A stretch of 64,000 nucleotides of DNA from Chrysemys picta bellii (taxonomy: Eukaryota), in assembly GCF_011386835.1 (NCBI RefSeq), contig NC_088795.1:91140001-91204000 (forward strand), written 5' to 3'. The notes under the pieces are model-generated. The model saw nothing but the letters and a program-made list of their open reading frames with translations, ran no database searches and was not told where the DNA came from. Position numbers and translations under genes: made by a program. Below, one piece after another: positions 1 to 13,700 of this stretch. The stretch's first letter is position 1. Every line of letters starts with the position of its first letter.

Positions 1-1657
1 AATGGCATTTTGGTGGGGGTCTCTTTGTTCCCCTCAAGCCCTTGGAAGACCTGAGAATACAGTGATGCTTACTTCCATCCTGTCCTTCCTCCCCAATGCT
101 ACCCTCCTGCTTGCTCTCTCATCCTTGGGGAAACTGTTCTCCCCTCTTAGTCTTCTTCCTCTGGGCTGCAAGTATTTCTTCCTCAGTCACATGCTCTTAT
201 TCCTTAGGCATTGAAGTCACCATCCAGTTGCCGCTGGGAGATTGGAGGGGTCCTTTGTGGTGCCCTGTCAGGACTCCCTTTATTGCATACATTACTCATT
301 GGGGCAGGCTCAGTGATTCATTTGCTGGACTGCGGGGTACATCTGAAGGGGCTGTCCCTTGGCCCAGCAAAGAGGAGTGTTAGGTGCCTCTGAATCCCAG
401 GAGGGCACCAGCCCCACCACCACCGGTGACCCTACTCATCCTGTTCCCCATCCTCTTTCCTCTTCAACATCCAGCAATCCTGTTCAGTGCAGAGAGTGGC
501 TCCCCAGTTGTGCCCAGCTGAGTGGGTGGATCCCGCCTCTGAAACCCACTGGGTGGGGCTCGGGTGTGGGGGTTGAGGCGATCTGAGGGAGCCAGGAAGA
601 GGGCCCATCTCAGGGGGAGATCATCCCTTCCCCTGTTGTCCTGTCCCCACTTGCTCCAATTGCCGTTCTATTACCCTTGTGTATTGAGCCTACCCCTGCT
701 CAGTAACAACACCAATGAAGTCTGGGTGCTAGTAACAGGGCAGTAAGCTCAGCAAATGCAAGTCATGGGCCCAGGACCTCCCTCTTGACCCAGGGAAGGG
801 CAGAAGGCTTCTCATATGTCAACTGGTGGAGGGGGTGTTGCTAAACTTACTTCCTCACCACCTCCATTTCTGTTTTCCTTAAGTGGTATGTTACCATGCA
901 AGGATAAGGATTTCCACTGAAATCAGTGGGACTACTACTATAATTTTGGTTGATCAGGTACTACTCCAAATAACGAGGATGCCAGAATTGTGCTCTTAAT
1001 TAGGAATGTTAAAGCTTACACAAATTTTAAACCACTACCAGTAATTAAAGGAGCCACAGGTAAGTTTTATTAAAACCCATGGCCTTCCCATTTCTTAATT
1101 TTAAACTGAGGTGGTGAATATTTATTTTCTACTCAGTTTCTTTAGGAAAGAATTGGAACTTCAAAGATTTTAATAATTGAAATCTATCATTTCCTCCTTC
1201 TCTTTCTACCCTTCATCCTTTTTCCTCTTCCCTCTCTCCAATTTTCTGTGCCTATTATTATTTTCTCCTTTCTTCAATCTCCATTTTCCCATTTAGCACT
1301 ATCTTGCTTCCTTGTCATCCCATGTTCTTTTTTAAAGACTAAAATTCTAGTAGGGTAGGGGTGGGAGAAGAGGGAAACAAACCTGCCAATAGTTAGATCT
1401 ATCTCCTAGCTGAAGTTTTGTAAATTATAGATGGCTTTTTGAGAACACAACAGTATGAAAAATTATAATGGTAAAGCTGATATAGTACAAATAATATTCA
1501 AAGGTGTTAGTGATAACACACGCTCCCATTGTTTTTAGAGTAAGTAAAATGAAGTCAATCTAGCGTTCATTCTTAAGTTAAATATAGATTTTTTGATTTG
1601 TCATGTGCATTGTACTGTGTTCCTTTTCATTTAACTGCCCATTATGTTTAATTTCAG

Positions 1658-1747
1658 GCTCTTGATGGTTTTTTTTTAGCAATCATGACAGATGGAAGTA
1701 TAATATATGTGTCTGAAAGTGTAACTCCCTTACTTGAACATTTGCCA
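1658..1747 (+). CDS. CLOCK: CLOCK exon (PAS-A: [30 protein letters not shown])
   Basis: tttcag|GCT...CCA|gtaagt, 90 nt. Confidence 0.97.
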
Positions 1748-4700
1748 GTAAGTATGAACTGCTTCCAGTAAGATATCAGCGTTAGTCTATGGACTAGGTT
1801 TTGCTGCAAGCACTATTAACCTTCCACCTCTCAAAGCACTTGGAGCACAGACAATGTATGTTCTGTCCTGAAACCTCTGTTTTTCCTCTAAAACACCTCC
1901 CCCCCCCTTGTTATTGATGTGTCCCCAATCTTAATCTCCTCAATTGGAAAAGTGGAATAAACACTCTCCTCAAATGCCACTGTTACTATTATTCCATTAC
2001 TCATCAGCTGAGACTGCTAAAGAGAAGCATGCTTGGTACTCTTGAAACTACTGTCCACTGATCTTTAATTACCCTGGTCACTTCCCAAACTCGGGACTCA
2101 CCAGGAACAAATATGCTGTTACTGCTTGACTGGGCTGACTCTTATGTCATATTTGTATTGCATCTCATTCATCTTTATTTGTACTGCTAATCTCATTGAT
2201 ATATTTACTCTCTAGTCCATGCTAGTATAGGTGTCACCTGGGAGTGTTACTCTTCTGAAACCAAAGCTAATAGTATTTTAAAGTGAGAACAGTGCTTTTA
2301 TAAAATTCTTTATCAATTATAAACCTGAGGCGGAAAAAATGTGTCAATCTGAAACTGATTTATAAATGTCTATAAAATGTATCCACATTGACTAGAAATT
2401 TCTTACCTATGGTTCTGCAAAGCAAAAAGTTAATCTCTGAACGGGGTTAGAATGAGAACTTGTCTTAAAATGAGAAAATGTAAATGGCTCAATTTTCCAG
2501 CTAAACCAGATTAACATTTCCTCAACTCCAGAATGTTTGTTCCAGAGGGACAACTTTTAAGTTCGATTTTTTTCTTTTTAAAACATATCTTCTGTGATTG
2601 TTTTCTTTGGAGATTTTGTTCATGTATTTGTGCATATAAACAGTATCAATAATACTTTGTTGTTATCTAAGAAGAGCTCTGTGAAGCTTGAAAGCTTGTA
2701 CCTTCCACCAACAGAAGTTGGTCCAAGAAAGGATAATACCTCACCTACCTGGTCTCACCTCTATTTTTGTTTTTCAAGATGAAGATTTTAAATCTTTGGT
2801 GCCACCAAGAGGCAAAAATGTGTACTGATATTTTAAATCAACAGTACACAATTTGATTCCAATGCTTCACTATTTGAAGTTATCAGAGCAAAGGAAAGAC
2901 AGTAGGTTCCAGTATGCTTTTACATGTGTATCTGTGTTGTGTTTACAGTAACATTTATTTCTTTTTCAAGTAGTGTCCCTGTCGGTGATTCACGTCAGGG
3001 GCACCTGCCACTTGATTGGAGATTTTTTATACTAGTGTCTACTGCCATGCCGAGGCTACATGGGGCTGTGTGGGCCCTTCTCAACTGCCTTCAGCCTGAG
3101 ACAGAGTCTACTGTGTGCCTGTTTGCTCTATAATTAGTTAATCATCTTATAGTCTGTATAGTTGGAACAGCTGTTCCTTTTATTTTCATTTCCTTTAACT
3201 AACTAACTATTTAAAAAAAAAACATTTTATTACTATGTAGTTAGATACCAGTTAATAGCTTTCCCCTTCTAGAGGTCATTTTTTATTATATTACTCAGGA
3301 ATGCCACGCTCTCCTGAGTTCAAATGGTGCCTCTCCTGCAGTGAGGTGATTACCATTCAGTGACTGACATTCCCCGTGCCTCCACTGTTCGGGAAATAAC
3401 ACATATCCCCAGTAAGTGCAAGATCAAGTTTAAACTCCTGGTGATGAAGCAAGCTTTGTGCCCATCTTTGGATTCTAGGGCGAAGGACCATCCTGTACGT
3501 AGACCTTCCCTGTACGTAGATTAGCGTAGTACTGCTAGTGCCCTGTCCACATCAGGACCTTGGTCATTGGAGACTGCTACAGATGTAGGCGGTACCATAG
3601 CACTAAGTATATCTAAGGTACCAAAATCCTCAGTAGAGGTAGCCTTGATATCTGCCTGTAAGCAGAAGGAGGTAAGGAGTAAATCTCCAAGAAAATCTCG
3701 GTCACTGACCCATAAGAAGACTACGGAGACTTCAGGTCCCAAGGGGAGTTACATGCAAACTCCAGGTGATGCTAATACTGCAAAAGCAAAGAGGAATTGG
3801 ATGTCTAATGCAGTGTTGTTGTAGCCATATTGGTCCCAGGATCTTAGAGACAAGATGGGTGAGGTAATATCTTTTACTGGACCGACTTCTGTTGGTGAGA
3901 GAGACAAGGTTTTGAGCTTACACAGAGCTTTTCTTCAGGTCTGGGAAACTAACTCAAAGTGTCACTGCTAAACTCAAGATTTGAACAGATTGTTTAGCAT
4001 AAGTAGTTAACGCTTATTTTAAGGGACCAGTCAAGATGATTGTTAACACACCTCCAGTCATAGGCAGGAAAGGTGGGGAGGTTGTTAGTGGGTTACAGAT
4101 GATTCAATAAGCCATAATCAGTATCTCTATTCAGTCCATGATTTTTAGTGAGTAGCAAAGTTATGAATTTAAGCTCCTATTCATAACTTTTCTAAACACT
4201 AAAAATCATGGTCTGAATAGACACCGGATTTATGGCTTATTGCAACAATCTGATATGTTGCACACTTTGACATCTTTGAGGATCACCAGTCCAGTTGAAG
4301 CCCATTAAGACTGTTTAGCACTGTGGTAGCTGTGGTTTCCCTGCCAGGGAATCAGGGTTTCTATTTTTTCACCCAGCTCCAGATTCTCTAGTAGTGGAGG
4401 CTGTTAATGAACAAGACAGACATCATGGCTCGAAGTCCACCCCACAAGTAAGGGCCACAAGAGACTATCTTTTTGGTCACAAGTCTTACTCTTCCGCCAT
4501 GCTTCCGAGTAGCAAACCATCACGTGCTCATGGCCAAATAGAACTATTTAAACAACAAAGAGTCTGGTGGCACCTTAAAGACTAACAGATTTATTTGGGC
4601 ATAAGCTTTCGTGAGTAAAAACCTCACTTCTTCGGATGCATAGTCTTTAAGGTGCCACCAGACTCTTTGTTGTTTTTGTAGATACAGACTAACACGGCTA

Positions 4701-7700
4701 CCCCCTGATACAGAACTATTTAAGTTACAACAAATTTAATTTGTTTATTGAGCACTTGCCAGAGGAACATCATGAACAATTTAAGGCAAATGTAAAAGGG
4801 TCAGCTCCTGGCAAAGACATTGCGTTAGCTGCTGCAGATATGTCATCATGGTCTATATCCACTGGAGTGGTCCTGAGAAAAGCATCTTGGCTTCAGCTGT
4901 TGGTTTCCCCAAGAGAAGTCCAAAGTACCATTGATAACCTTCCTTTTGATGGTGGCAAGCTCTTTGTGGACTTGATGGATACATCTCTCCACACTTTAAA
5001 GGACTCGAGAGCCATGCTGTTATCCTTAGGGATTTATATTTCTGTAATAGAAGGAGATGTAATTGGTCTCAGATGGCACAAAAAGCATACCCAGTCCTGT
5101 GTTCAACTTATCGTAGGCCATCTGAGCCCCCGGCTGAGAGACCAAGATATTCTAAGAAGAAACCTTTCAGCTACAGCCACATCTTCTCAGCCATGTACGT
5201 CCTCCAAGCAACAGTTTTGATGGTGTGGTCGGGAGCATCAGACAGAGGTTTATACCTGCAACCTCCTACCCCTCCCTTCTCTCAGATGTCATCTCTCCCC
5301 TTTTGGAGACTGTATGGGTTTTGGAAGCCATAACATCTGGTTAAACTATCCATTTCAAATCCATCCCTTGTACCCATTCCTCCTCCCCATCCTTCTTCAG
5401 GAACCCTTCTTGCAATCAGTTGCTGGTGCAAGGTGTTACCTCTTTTGTGTTTAGGAGCGATAGAACCAGGTCCTGTACTAGCACAGGGCAAGGGGATTCT
5501 AATCAAAGTACTTCCTGATCTCCAAAAAGAATGGTGCCTGGAGGCCAGTTTTACATCTCATGTCTCTCAACAGATATGTAAAACAGCAGATATTCAGGAT
5601 GATGACCTTCGCAGCAATAATTCCCTTGTTATATATAGGGGATTGGCTTGCAACTCTCGACCTACAAGGTGCATATTTTCATGTTGCTATTCACCCTTCA
5701 CACAAGAAAGTTTTTTGTTTTCTAATCAACAACGAGCACAATCAATACAGGGTGCTCCCTTTCAGCCTATTTCTGCCTCGAGGGTATTCTCAAAGATTCT
5801 GGTGGTAGTTGCTGCCCATCTATGTCATCTGGTTATAATCATTCTCCCATATCTGAATGATCAGTGCAGATCATTTTAGGAAGTCTTGGCAGTAGTAAAG
5901 ATGTGTTCTCTTTTTCACAGCCTGAGACTTCAAATCAACCTTGATTTTTGATTCCAATACAGCGCCTAGACTTCATAGGAGCGTCCCTGTATGCAGCGAC
6001 TGGCAGCGCCTACCTCCTGTCCAGCAGATTTCTCACACTAATGACTCTCATCTCAGGGATCAGGACAGACCTCAATTAACAGGAAAAGATTGTCTTCAGA
6101 TGCAGGGACATATGTCAGATTGCGTTTTTGTAGTGCAACATGTCAGATAATATCTCTGAGGTCTACAGGAGTGGCTTTGAACAGTTTGAAGAAGTTTACA
6201 AATCAAGCAAGCACTGCCTAGGAAGATTGGGGGACTGACAGTAATGGGTTCTGCAGTCACTCATCAGTGTAGGTGTCCCATTCTTTCAGAATCCCCCTAC
6301 CATAGTGATAACATTGACGCTTCACTTTTAGGTTGGGGGGCACATCTGGGACTAATAAGGTGCAAGGCAAATGGTCTCTACAAGAGCAGCTTCTTCACAT
6401 CAATAATTTGAAATTGAGAGCAGTCAGAAATGTTTGTCTACGCTTTCTGCCTCTAATCAGATCCAAGTCAGTAAAGATAATGACAGACAATGTGACATGC
6501 ATGTATTCTATCAACCATCAGGGAGCATGTTCCTATTTTTCTGTGCCAAGGTGATAAAACTCTGGAATTGGTGTATAGCCAATCAGATAGTTTTCTCAGC
6601 TTCTTGCCTCCCAGGTATACTGAACATCATGGCAGATGACCTCAACAGACATTTCTTTCTAAATTACAAATGGGAACTGGACTCTTGAGATCTCCACACA
6701 ATAGTCTTAGCTTCGGAATTCCCCGAGGCTGATCTGTTTGCCACTGCAGCCAACACAAAATACATCAGGTATTGCTTCAGAGGGGGTCTCAATCCCCAAT
6801 TGCTAGGAGATGCTTTTCTCCTCTCATGAATGAAGGGGCTTCTTTGTGCACATTCACTGACGCCGTTATAGTTAAAGTTCTCAACAAGATCAAACAGGAT
6901 TGGGCCAGAGTTGTACTGATTGCACCAAAGTGGCCAAGATAAAATTTGGTATTCCTATCTAATCAGACTCGTCTTATGCTCTCTGTGGTGACTTCCATTC
7001 ATTCCTTGTCTACTGACTGAGGATGCCAGTCAAACACTTCACCCCACCCTGCAGATTCTGAGGCTCCAAACATGGCTCCTTGGTTCTCGAGAATAGTGGT
7101 ATCCTGTTCATCAGCGATACAACACATAATGTTAAGTAGTAGAAGAGACTCCACAAGAAATACTTACCTTCAGAAATGGAAAAGATATTCTCTTTGGTGT
7201 AACAGCAGTTGTCAGATTTTGTCAACTTGATCTCTTCCTAGGGTATTGGATTACCTGTTGGAATTGAAAACATCAGCTCTTTCTATGAATTCCATTAGAG
7301 TACACTTAGCAGCTCTTCCATTAGGTACACTTAGCTTTTCGCACACCCATAGGTTTTTTTTGTTCTTCACTGACCCAACCATAGCAAAATACCTAAGAGA
7401 TTTGTTGAATCTTTCTCCACAAATCAGAGATCCTACTCCTAGCTGAGACCTTAACCTAGTCCTTAATTACCTTATGAAACATCCTTTTCTGCCATGAGCT
7501 CTGTGTTGTTTATTAGATTTACCTATGAAGACAGCCTTCCTGGTAGCCATCACTTCTGCCTGAAGGGTTTGAGAATTGGGGGCTTTAATGGCAGACCCCC
7601 ATTTATGGTCTCACCAGAAACAAAGTTTCGCTATGGGCCCATCCAATATTTTTACCTAAGGTGTCCTCAAAATTTCATATTAATCAAATCATTCATCTCC

Positions 7701-10700
7701 CATTTTTTTCTCCAAAACAACATGGGACTAGTCATGAAGCTATATTCCATACACTAGATGTCAGGAGGGCATTACTCTTTTATCTAGAGAGAGGACCAAA
7801 CCATTTAGAAGATCTCCTAGACTGTTTGTATCCACTGCAGACAGAAACAAGGGTTTGGTCATTTCAAAATAGAGGTTATCAAAGTAGATCTCTGTATATA
7901 TTAAAATCTGTTACAACTGAACTCATGTTCAACCCCTTTGAGAGCAATAGCACGTTCCACAGGAGCACCAAGTACTTCTGTAGCCTTACTTAAGGATGTA
8001 CTGGTTGCAGTGGCAACTTGGTACTCTGTTCATGGTTTCTAATCATCATGCCTTGGTGTCTGCAGCTAGATCAGATGCTGCTGTAGGCAATGCAGTTCTC
8101 TTCTGTATTGGACTCTGCTCCAAATCTCCTGCCTCCTTAGGGGGGATATTGCTTGGGAGTCTCCTGAAGTGGAGCACCCATAGGAACACTGCTTGAAGGA
8201 GGAGAGGTTACTCACCTTGTTCAGTGACTGCGGTTCTTCAAGGTGGTATGTCTCTATGGGTGCACCACTGCCCACCCTCCTTCCCCTCTGCTTCTGTGGG
8301 ACTTCGTAGTGTTGAAGGAACTGAGGGTGGTTCACCCACACAACCCCGTATAGCCTTGGTACGGACATGAGGATCTGTGGGACACATGCGTGGGCTGAAT
8401 GGGCAATGCTACCAAAAAAATTTTGATCAAAGGTTCAGGATGCAGGCACACCTGATGTGGAGCACCCACAGGGGGACACATTTCAAAGTTCTCCAGTTAC
8501 TGCACAAGGTAAGTAACCTCTCCAACAGTGTCAAAAATCTGTGCAATCAAGAGGTGATCACTTCTTGCAAAATGGTATTTTGTTCCTCAGAAGTTGCTTT
8601 TGCTGAATCTATAATGTTTTTGTATGTTTGTTTTCTCATCCCTGACCTCTTTAATTACTTTACATTAAAACAATGGGCTTTGCAAAGATGTCATGTCTTG
8701 CATTATTAAAATGTTTCTGAAATCTTTTTTTCTTTTTCAGTCTGATCTTGTGGATCAGAGTATATTTAATTTTATCCCAGAGGGGGAACATTCAGAGGTT
8801 TATAAAATACTGTCTACTCATCTGCTGGAAAGTGATTCATTGACCCAAGAATATTTAAAATGTAAGTTGTATTGCTAAAAAATCTGGTAGATGTGGGAAT
8901 CTTATCATAGAGTCTTTATATGGGCAACTCAGTTTCAGTGGAAGTAAATGCTTATGGGATTTCAGGGTGAAACGTATAGGTCTTAAAGGAAAAAGATGAG
9001 TCATTTTATTCTCTGAAGTAAATCAATATTTTATTTTAAAATTTCCCAATGACCAGAATAACATTGCATGTCATAAACATTTCCAAAACACAGGGAAAGT
9101 ATTTCTGTTTATAATTTATTGTCACATAATCATAGCAGCTGGAGAGAATAAAGACCTATTATGTCATACACCATTGGAATCATACTTCCAGGCACTTCCC
9201 ATTAGGCAGCTGTCCATGGAAACTTCCCTAGTAGGAGTTCCGCTCTTCTGTAGCTTCTCTGCAAAGCTGAAGTATGGAGAGTGAGTGCTGCTGAGCCTTT
9301 CCAAACACAAATCCCATAGTTTCCTCTCCACTATGTTGGGTAATTCCATGTTGGGGAAAAAATAAATGCCATAAGCCATTTTTCTCCATTGCAGCATGTA
9401 TATTAAATTTTTTATTAAATATGTTGTTTGTGGTAGTGTTGTTGCCATGTTGGTCCCAGGATATGAGAGAGACAAAGTAGGTGAAGTATTATCTTTTATT
9501 AGACCAACTTCTATCAATGGAAAGTTCAAGCTTTTGAGCTATACCAACCTCTTCTTCTGGTCTAGGAAAGGAAATCAGAGTGTCTGAGCTAAATACAAGT
9601 TGAGGACAGATTGCTAAGCATAAGGGAAAAGGGGTAAGGCATGTTGTAGGAAGCCACTTGAAAGGAAATCTGCAACTGAGGATTATATTGTTATGCATAG
9701 GGGGTTTGAAGAAGGTGATTAGGGATAGTATGCGGTGGGGTGTGTTACAAATTATTGTAATGAGTCCTAAAACTAGTGTCCCTATTGCATCTATAGTTTT
9801 TAGTGTCTAGCAGATTTATGAATGTAAGTTCCCAGGTTCAGTTTTGAAGGTGCTATGCAGGTTTCCTTTGAGGATGAGTTTTGAAAGATCAGATAGGGAG
9901 CGATTGCTTTGTGAAAAGTTTCTGTCCACAGGTGATATGGTATTTTTATCTTTTATAATTTTTCTGTGTGAGTTCATTTAAAACCATAGTGATATCTGGT
10001 TTCACCCACAAAGTTATTATTGAGGCATTTGATGCACTGGATGAGGTACACCACATGTTGTGATAAGCATGTTTAGGACCCATGAATTTTGAAAGGTATA
10101 TTGTGCGGGGTGTTGATCATTGTAGAAGTGATGATATGTCTGCAGGTTTTGCATCTGTTGTTCTCGCAGTCTGGTGCCAGTTTGAGTTGGTGAGTTCTGG
10201 TTTGTAGGGAGCTTGCTTCAGATGATTAGCTTGGTGAGATTGAGGGATTGTTTGAAGATCAGAAGAGGAGTTCAGGAAAAATTTATTTCAGGATATGGTC
10301 CCCATCAACTATAGGTGTAATTGTTTGATGGTACCCCTTATTGGTTCCCGGGGGAGGGGGGGTGGTAGGTGAGAGCTAGGGGTGTGCGGTCAGTGGGGTG
10401 TGTTTTTGTTTGTTTGTTTTTTTGCTGTATTGGAGCAGGTTCTCTGGGGGATTTGGATGGCCCTTTCCATGATGCAATCTACTTCTCTGATGGAGTGTTC
10501 TTGTTTAGTAAAGGCAGTTTTATGTGTATTTAGGTGAATATTCTGGACTTCCTCTTCAGAGCAAGTTCTGTGGTATCTGAGTGGCTGGCAGTAGATAACA
10601 GATTTTTTGGTGAGTCTGGGGTTGTTTCTAGATCTTTGGAGATCAATATGGTGATCCCTGGGTTTCTTGTGGATAACTGTTTGTAGGATTCCATCGTTGA

Positions 10701-13700
10701 ATCTTTCAGAGTAGCATCCAAAGAAGTGGGCTGTAGTCCACGAAAGCTTATGCTCCAATAAATTTGTTAGTCTCTAAGGGTATGTCTACACTACGAAATT
10801 TATCGAATTTATAGAAGCCGGTTTTATTGAAATCGGTTGTATACAGCCGATTGTGTGTGTCCACACATAAAATGCTCTAGGTGCTCTAGTCGGCGGACCG
10901 CGTCCACAGTACGAGGCTAGCGTCGATTTCCGGAGCATTGCACTATGGGTAGCTATCCGACAGCTATCCCACAGTTCCCGCAGTCTCCGCCGCCCCTTGG
11001 AATTCTGGGTTGAGATCCCAATGCCCGGATGATGCAAAACAGTGTCGCGGGCGGTTCTGGGTACATGTCGTCAGGCCCCTCCCTCCCCCGTCACAGCAAC
11101 GGCAGACAATAGATTCGCGCCTTTTTACCTGGGTTACCTGTGCAGACAACAGGGAGCCCGCTCAGCTCAGCTGAGCTCACCGTCACCATATGTCCTCTGG
11201 GTGCCGGCAGACGTGGGACTGCATTGCTACACAGCAGCAGCTGCTAACTGCCTTTTGGCGGTAGACGGTGCAGTAGACTGGTAGCCTTCATCGGCGATCT
11301 GGGTGCTGGCAGCCGTGGGGCTTGCCTTTTGGCAGTAGATGGTGTATTACGACTGTTAACCGTCCTATTACAAGTCGGGTCATCGCACATTAGCAGAGTC
11401 TTCCCCGAGCAGCCGATCGTGCAATAGGCCTGAAGACCATCGTCATACACTAACTGCCAAGCGCCCCGTATTTGCTGCCAAGCACCCAGAAAGATGCCGA
11501 GGGCTATCAGTCACGCTGCACCGTCGTCTTAAGATGTAAAAAATAGATTTGCTCTGTATTCATTTGCTTCCCCCTCCCTCCGTCAAATCAACGGCCTGCT
11601 AAACCCAGGGTTTTCAGTTTAATCTTTGGGGGGGGACCATTCTGTGTGACAGTTGTTTGTGTTTCTCCCTGATGCACAGCCACCGTTCTTGATTTTAATT
11701 CTCTGTGCCTGTACGCCATGTCGTCACTCGGCCCGCCCTCCCTCCTTCCCCTAGTCCGTCAGATACTACTTTCGCGCCTTTTCTTTGAATTCTGGGTTGA
11801 GATCCCAATGCCCGGATGATGCAAAACAGTGTCGCGGGCGGTTCTGGGTACATGTCGTCAGGCCCCTCCCCCCTCGTCACAGCAACGGCAGACAATAGAT
11901 TCGCGCCTTTTTACCTGGGTTACCTGTGCAGACAACATACCACGGCAAGCATGGAGCCCGCTCAGCTCAGCTGAGCTCACCGTCACCATATGTCCTCTGG
12001 GTGCCGGCAGACGTGGGACTGCATTGCTACACAGCAGCAGCTGCTAACTGCCTTTTGGCGGTAGACGGTGTAGCATGAGTGATAGCTGTGGGGCTGGCAG
12101 CCGTAGGGCTGCATTGCACCAGCCCCTTGCCCTTTGGTAGGCGATGGTATATTATGACTGGTACCCATCGTCGTCATACTGGAGTGGCTGTCAATCATGG
12201 CCACCTGGGCAGACATGTTTCGATGATGATGGCTACCAATCGTAATATACTATTTTCTGCCAATTGCCCAGTATTGTCTGCTAAGCACCCAGAAGAGGCC
12301 GAGGGCGATGCTGGGTGCTGGCGGACGTGGGGCTGTCAGACGTGGGGCTGCATTGCTACACAGCAGCAGCCCCTTGCCTTTTGGCAGACGATGGTATATT
12401 ATGATTGGTATCCATCATCATCGTACTGGAGAGGCTATCACTCATGCTGCACCGTCGGCTGCCAGCTTAAGATGTAAAAAATAGATTTGTTCTGTATTCA
12501 TTTGCTTCCCCTTCCTCCGTGAAATCAATGGCCTGCTAAGCCCAGGGTTTTCAGTTTAATCTTTGGGGGGACCATTCTGTGTGACAGTTGTTTGTGTTTC
12601 TCCCTGTTCCTGTACCTGTACGCCATGTCGTCACTCGGCCCTCCCTCCCTCCCGCCCTCCCTCCTTCTCCTGGTCCATCAGATACTACTTTCACGCCTTT
12701 TTTCTGACCAGGCGCCATAGCTAGCACTGGGATCATGGAGCCCGCTCAGATCACCGCAGCAATTATGAGCACTATGAACACCACGCGCATTGTCCTGGAG
12801 TATATGCAGAGCCAGGACATGCCAAGGCGAAACCCGGACCAGCCGAGGAGGCAATTGCAGCGCGGCGACGAGAGTGATGAGGAAATTGACATGGACATAG
12901 ACCTCTCACAAGGCACAGGCCCCAGCAATGTGGAAATCATGGTGTCACTGGGGCAGGTTCATGCCGTGGAACGCCGATTCTGGGCCCGGGAAACAAGCAC
13001 AGACTGGTGGGACCGCATCGTGCTGCAGGTATGGGACGATTCCCAGTGGCTGCGAAACTTTCGCATGCGTAAGGGCACTTCCATGGAATTTTGTGACTTG
13101 CTTTCCCCTGCCCTGAAACGCCAGGATACCAAGATGAGAGCAGCCCTCACAGTTGAGAAGCGAGTGGCGATAGCCCTGTGGAAGCTTGCAACGCCAGACA
13201 GCTACCGGTCAGTCGGGAATCAATTTGGAGTGGGCAAATCTACGGTGGGGGCTGCTGTGATCCAATTTGCCAGGGCAATGAAAGACCTGGTGATAGCAAG
13301 GGTAGTGACTCTGGGCAACGTGCAGTCAATAGTGGATGGTTTTGCTGAAATGGGATTCCCAAACTGTGGCGGGGCCATAGACGGAACCCATATCCCTATC
13401 TTGTCACCGGAGCACCAAGCCACCGACTACGTAAACCGCAAGGGGTACTTTTCAATGCTGCTGCAAGCCCTGGTGGATCACAAGGGATGTTTCACCAACA
13501 TCAACGTGGGATGGCCGGGAAAGGTAAATGATGCTCGCGTCTTCAGGAACTCTGCTCTGTTTCGAAAGCTGGAGGAAGGGACTTTCTTCCCGGACCAGAA
13601 AGTGACCGTTGAGGATGTTGAAATGCCTATCGTGATCCTTGGGGACCCAGCCTACCCCTTAATACCATGGCTCATGAAGCCGTACACAGGCAGCCTGGAC

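Larger units (their letters stand above)
2962..8523 (+). mobile_element. DIRS1-like tyrosine-recombinase retrotransposon, apparently full length but degenerate
   Basis: Ordered remnants: gag-like (RKASWLQ...LPFDGGKLF), RT ([21 protein letters not shown]), RNase H ([13 protein letters not shown]), methyltransferase-like ([18 protein letters not shown]) and YR ([11 protein letters not shown]). 8201-8230 is complementary to the 3' terminus 8494-8523 (ICR). Many stops and frameshifts. Confidence 0.85.

Noticed and set aside
1-800. Possible LTR or other repeat fragment
   Set aside because: GC-richer than its flanks, but no terminal motif, TSD or protein remnant could be established by eye.
4741-8200. 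DIRS RT, methyltransferase-like and tyrosine-recombinase genes as a functional novel system
   Set aside because: The frames are broken by many stops and frameshifts, and the domain combination is the known DIRS1 layout.
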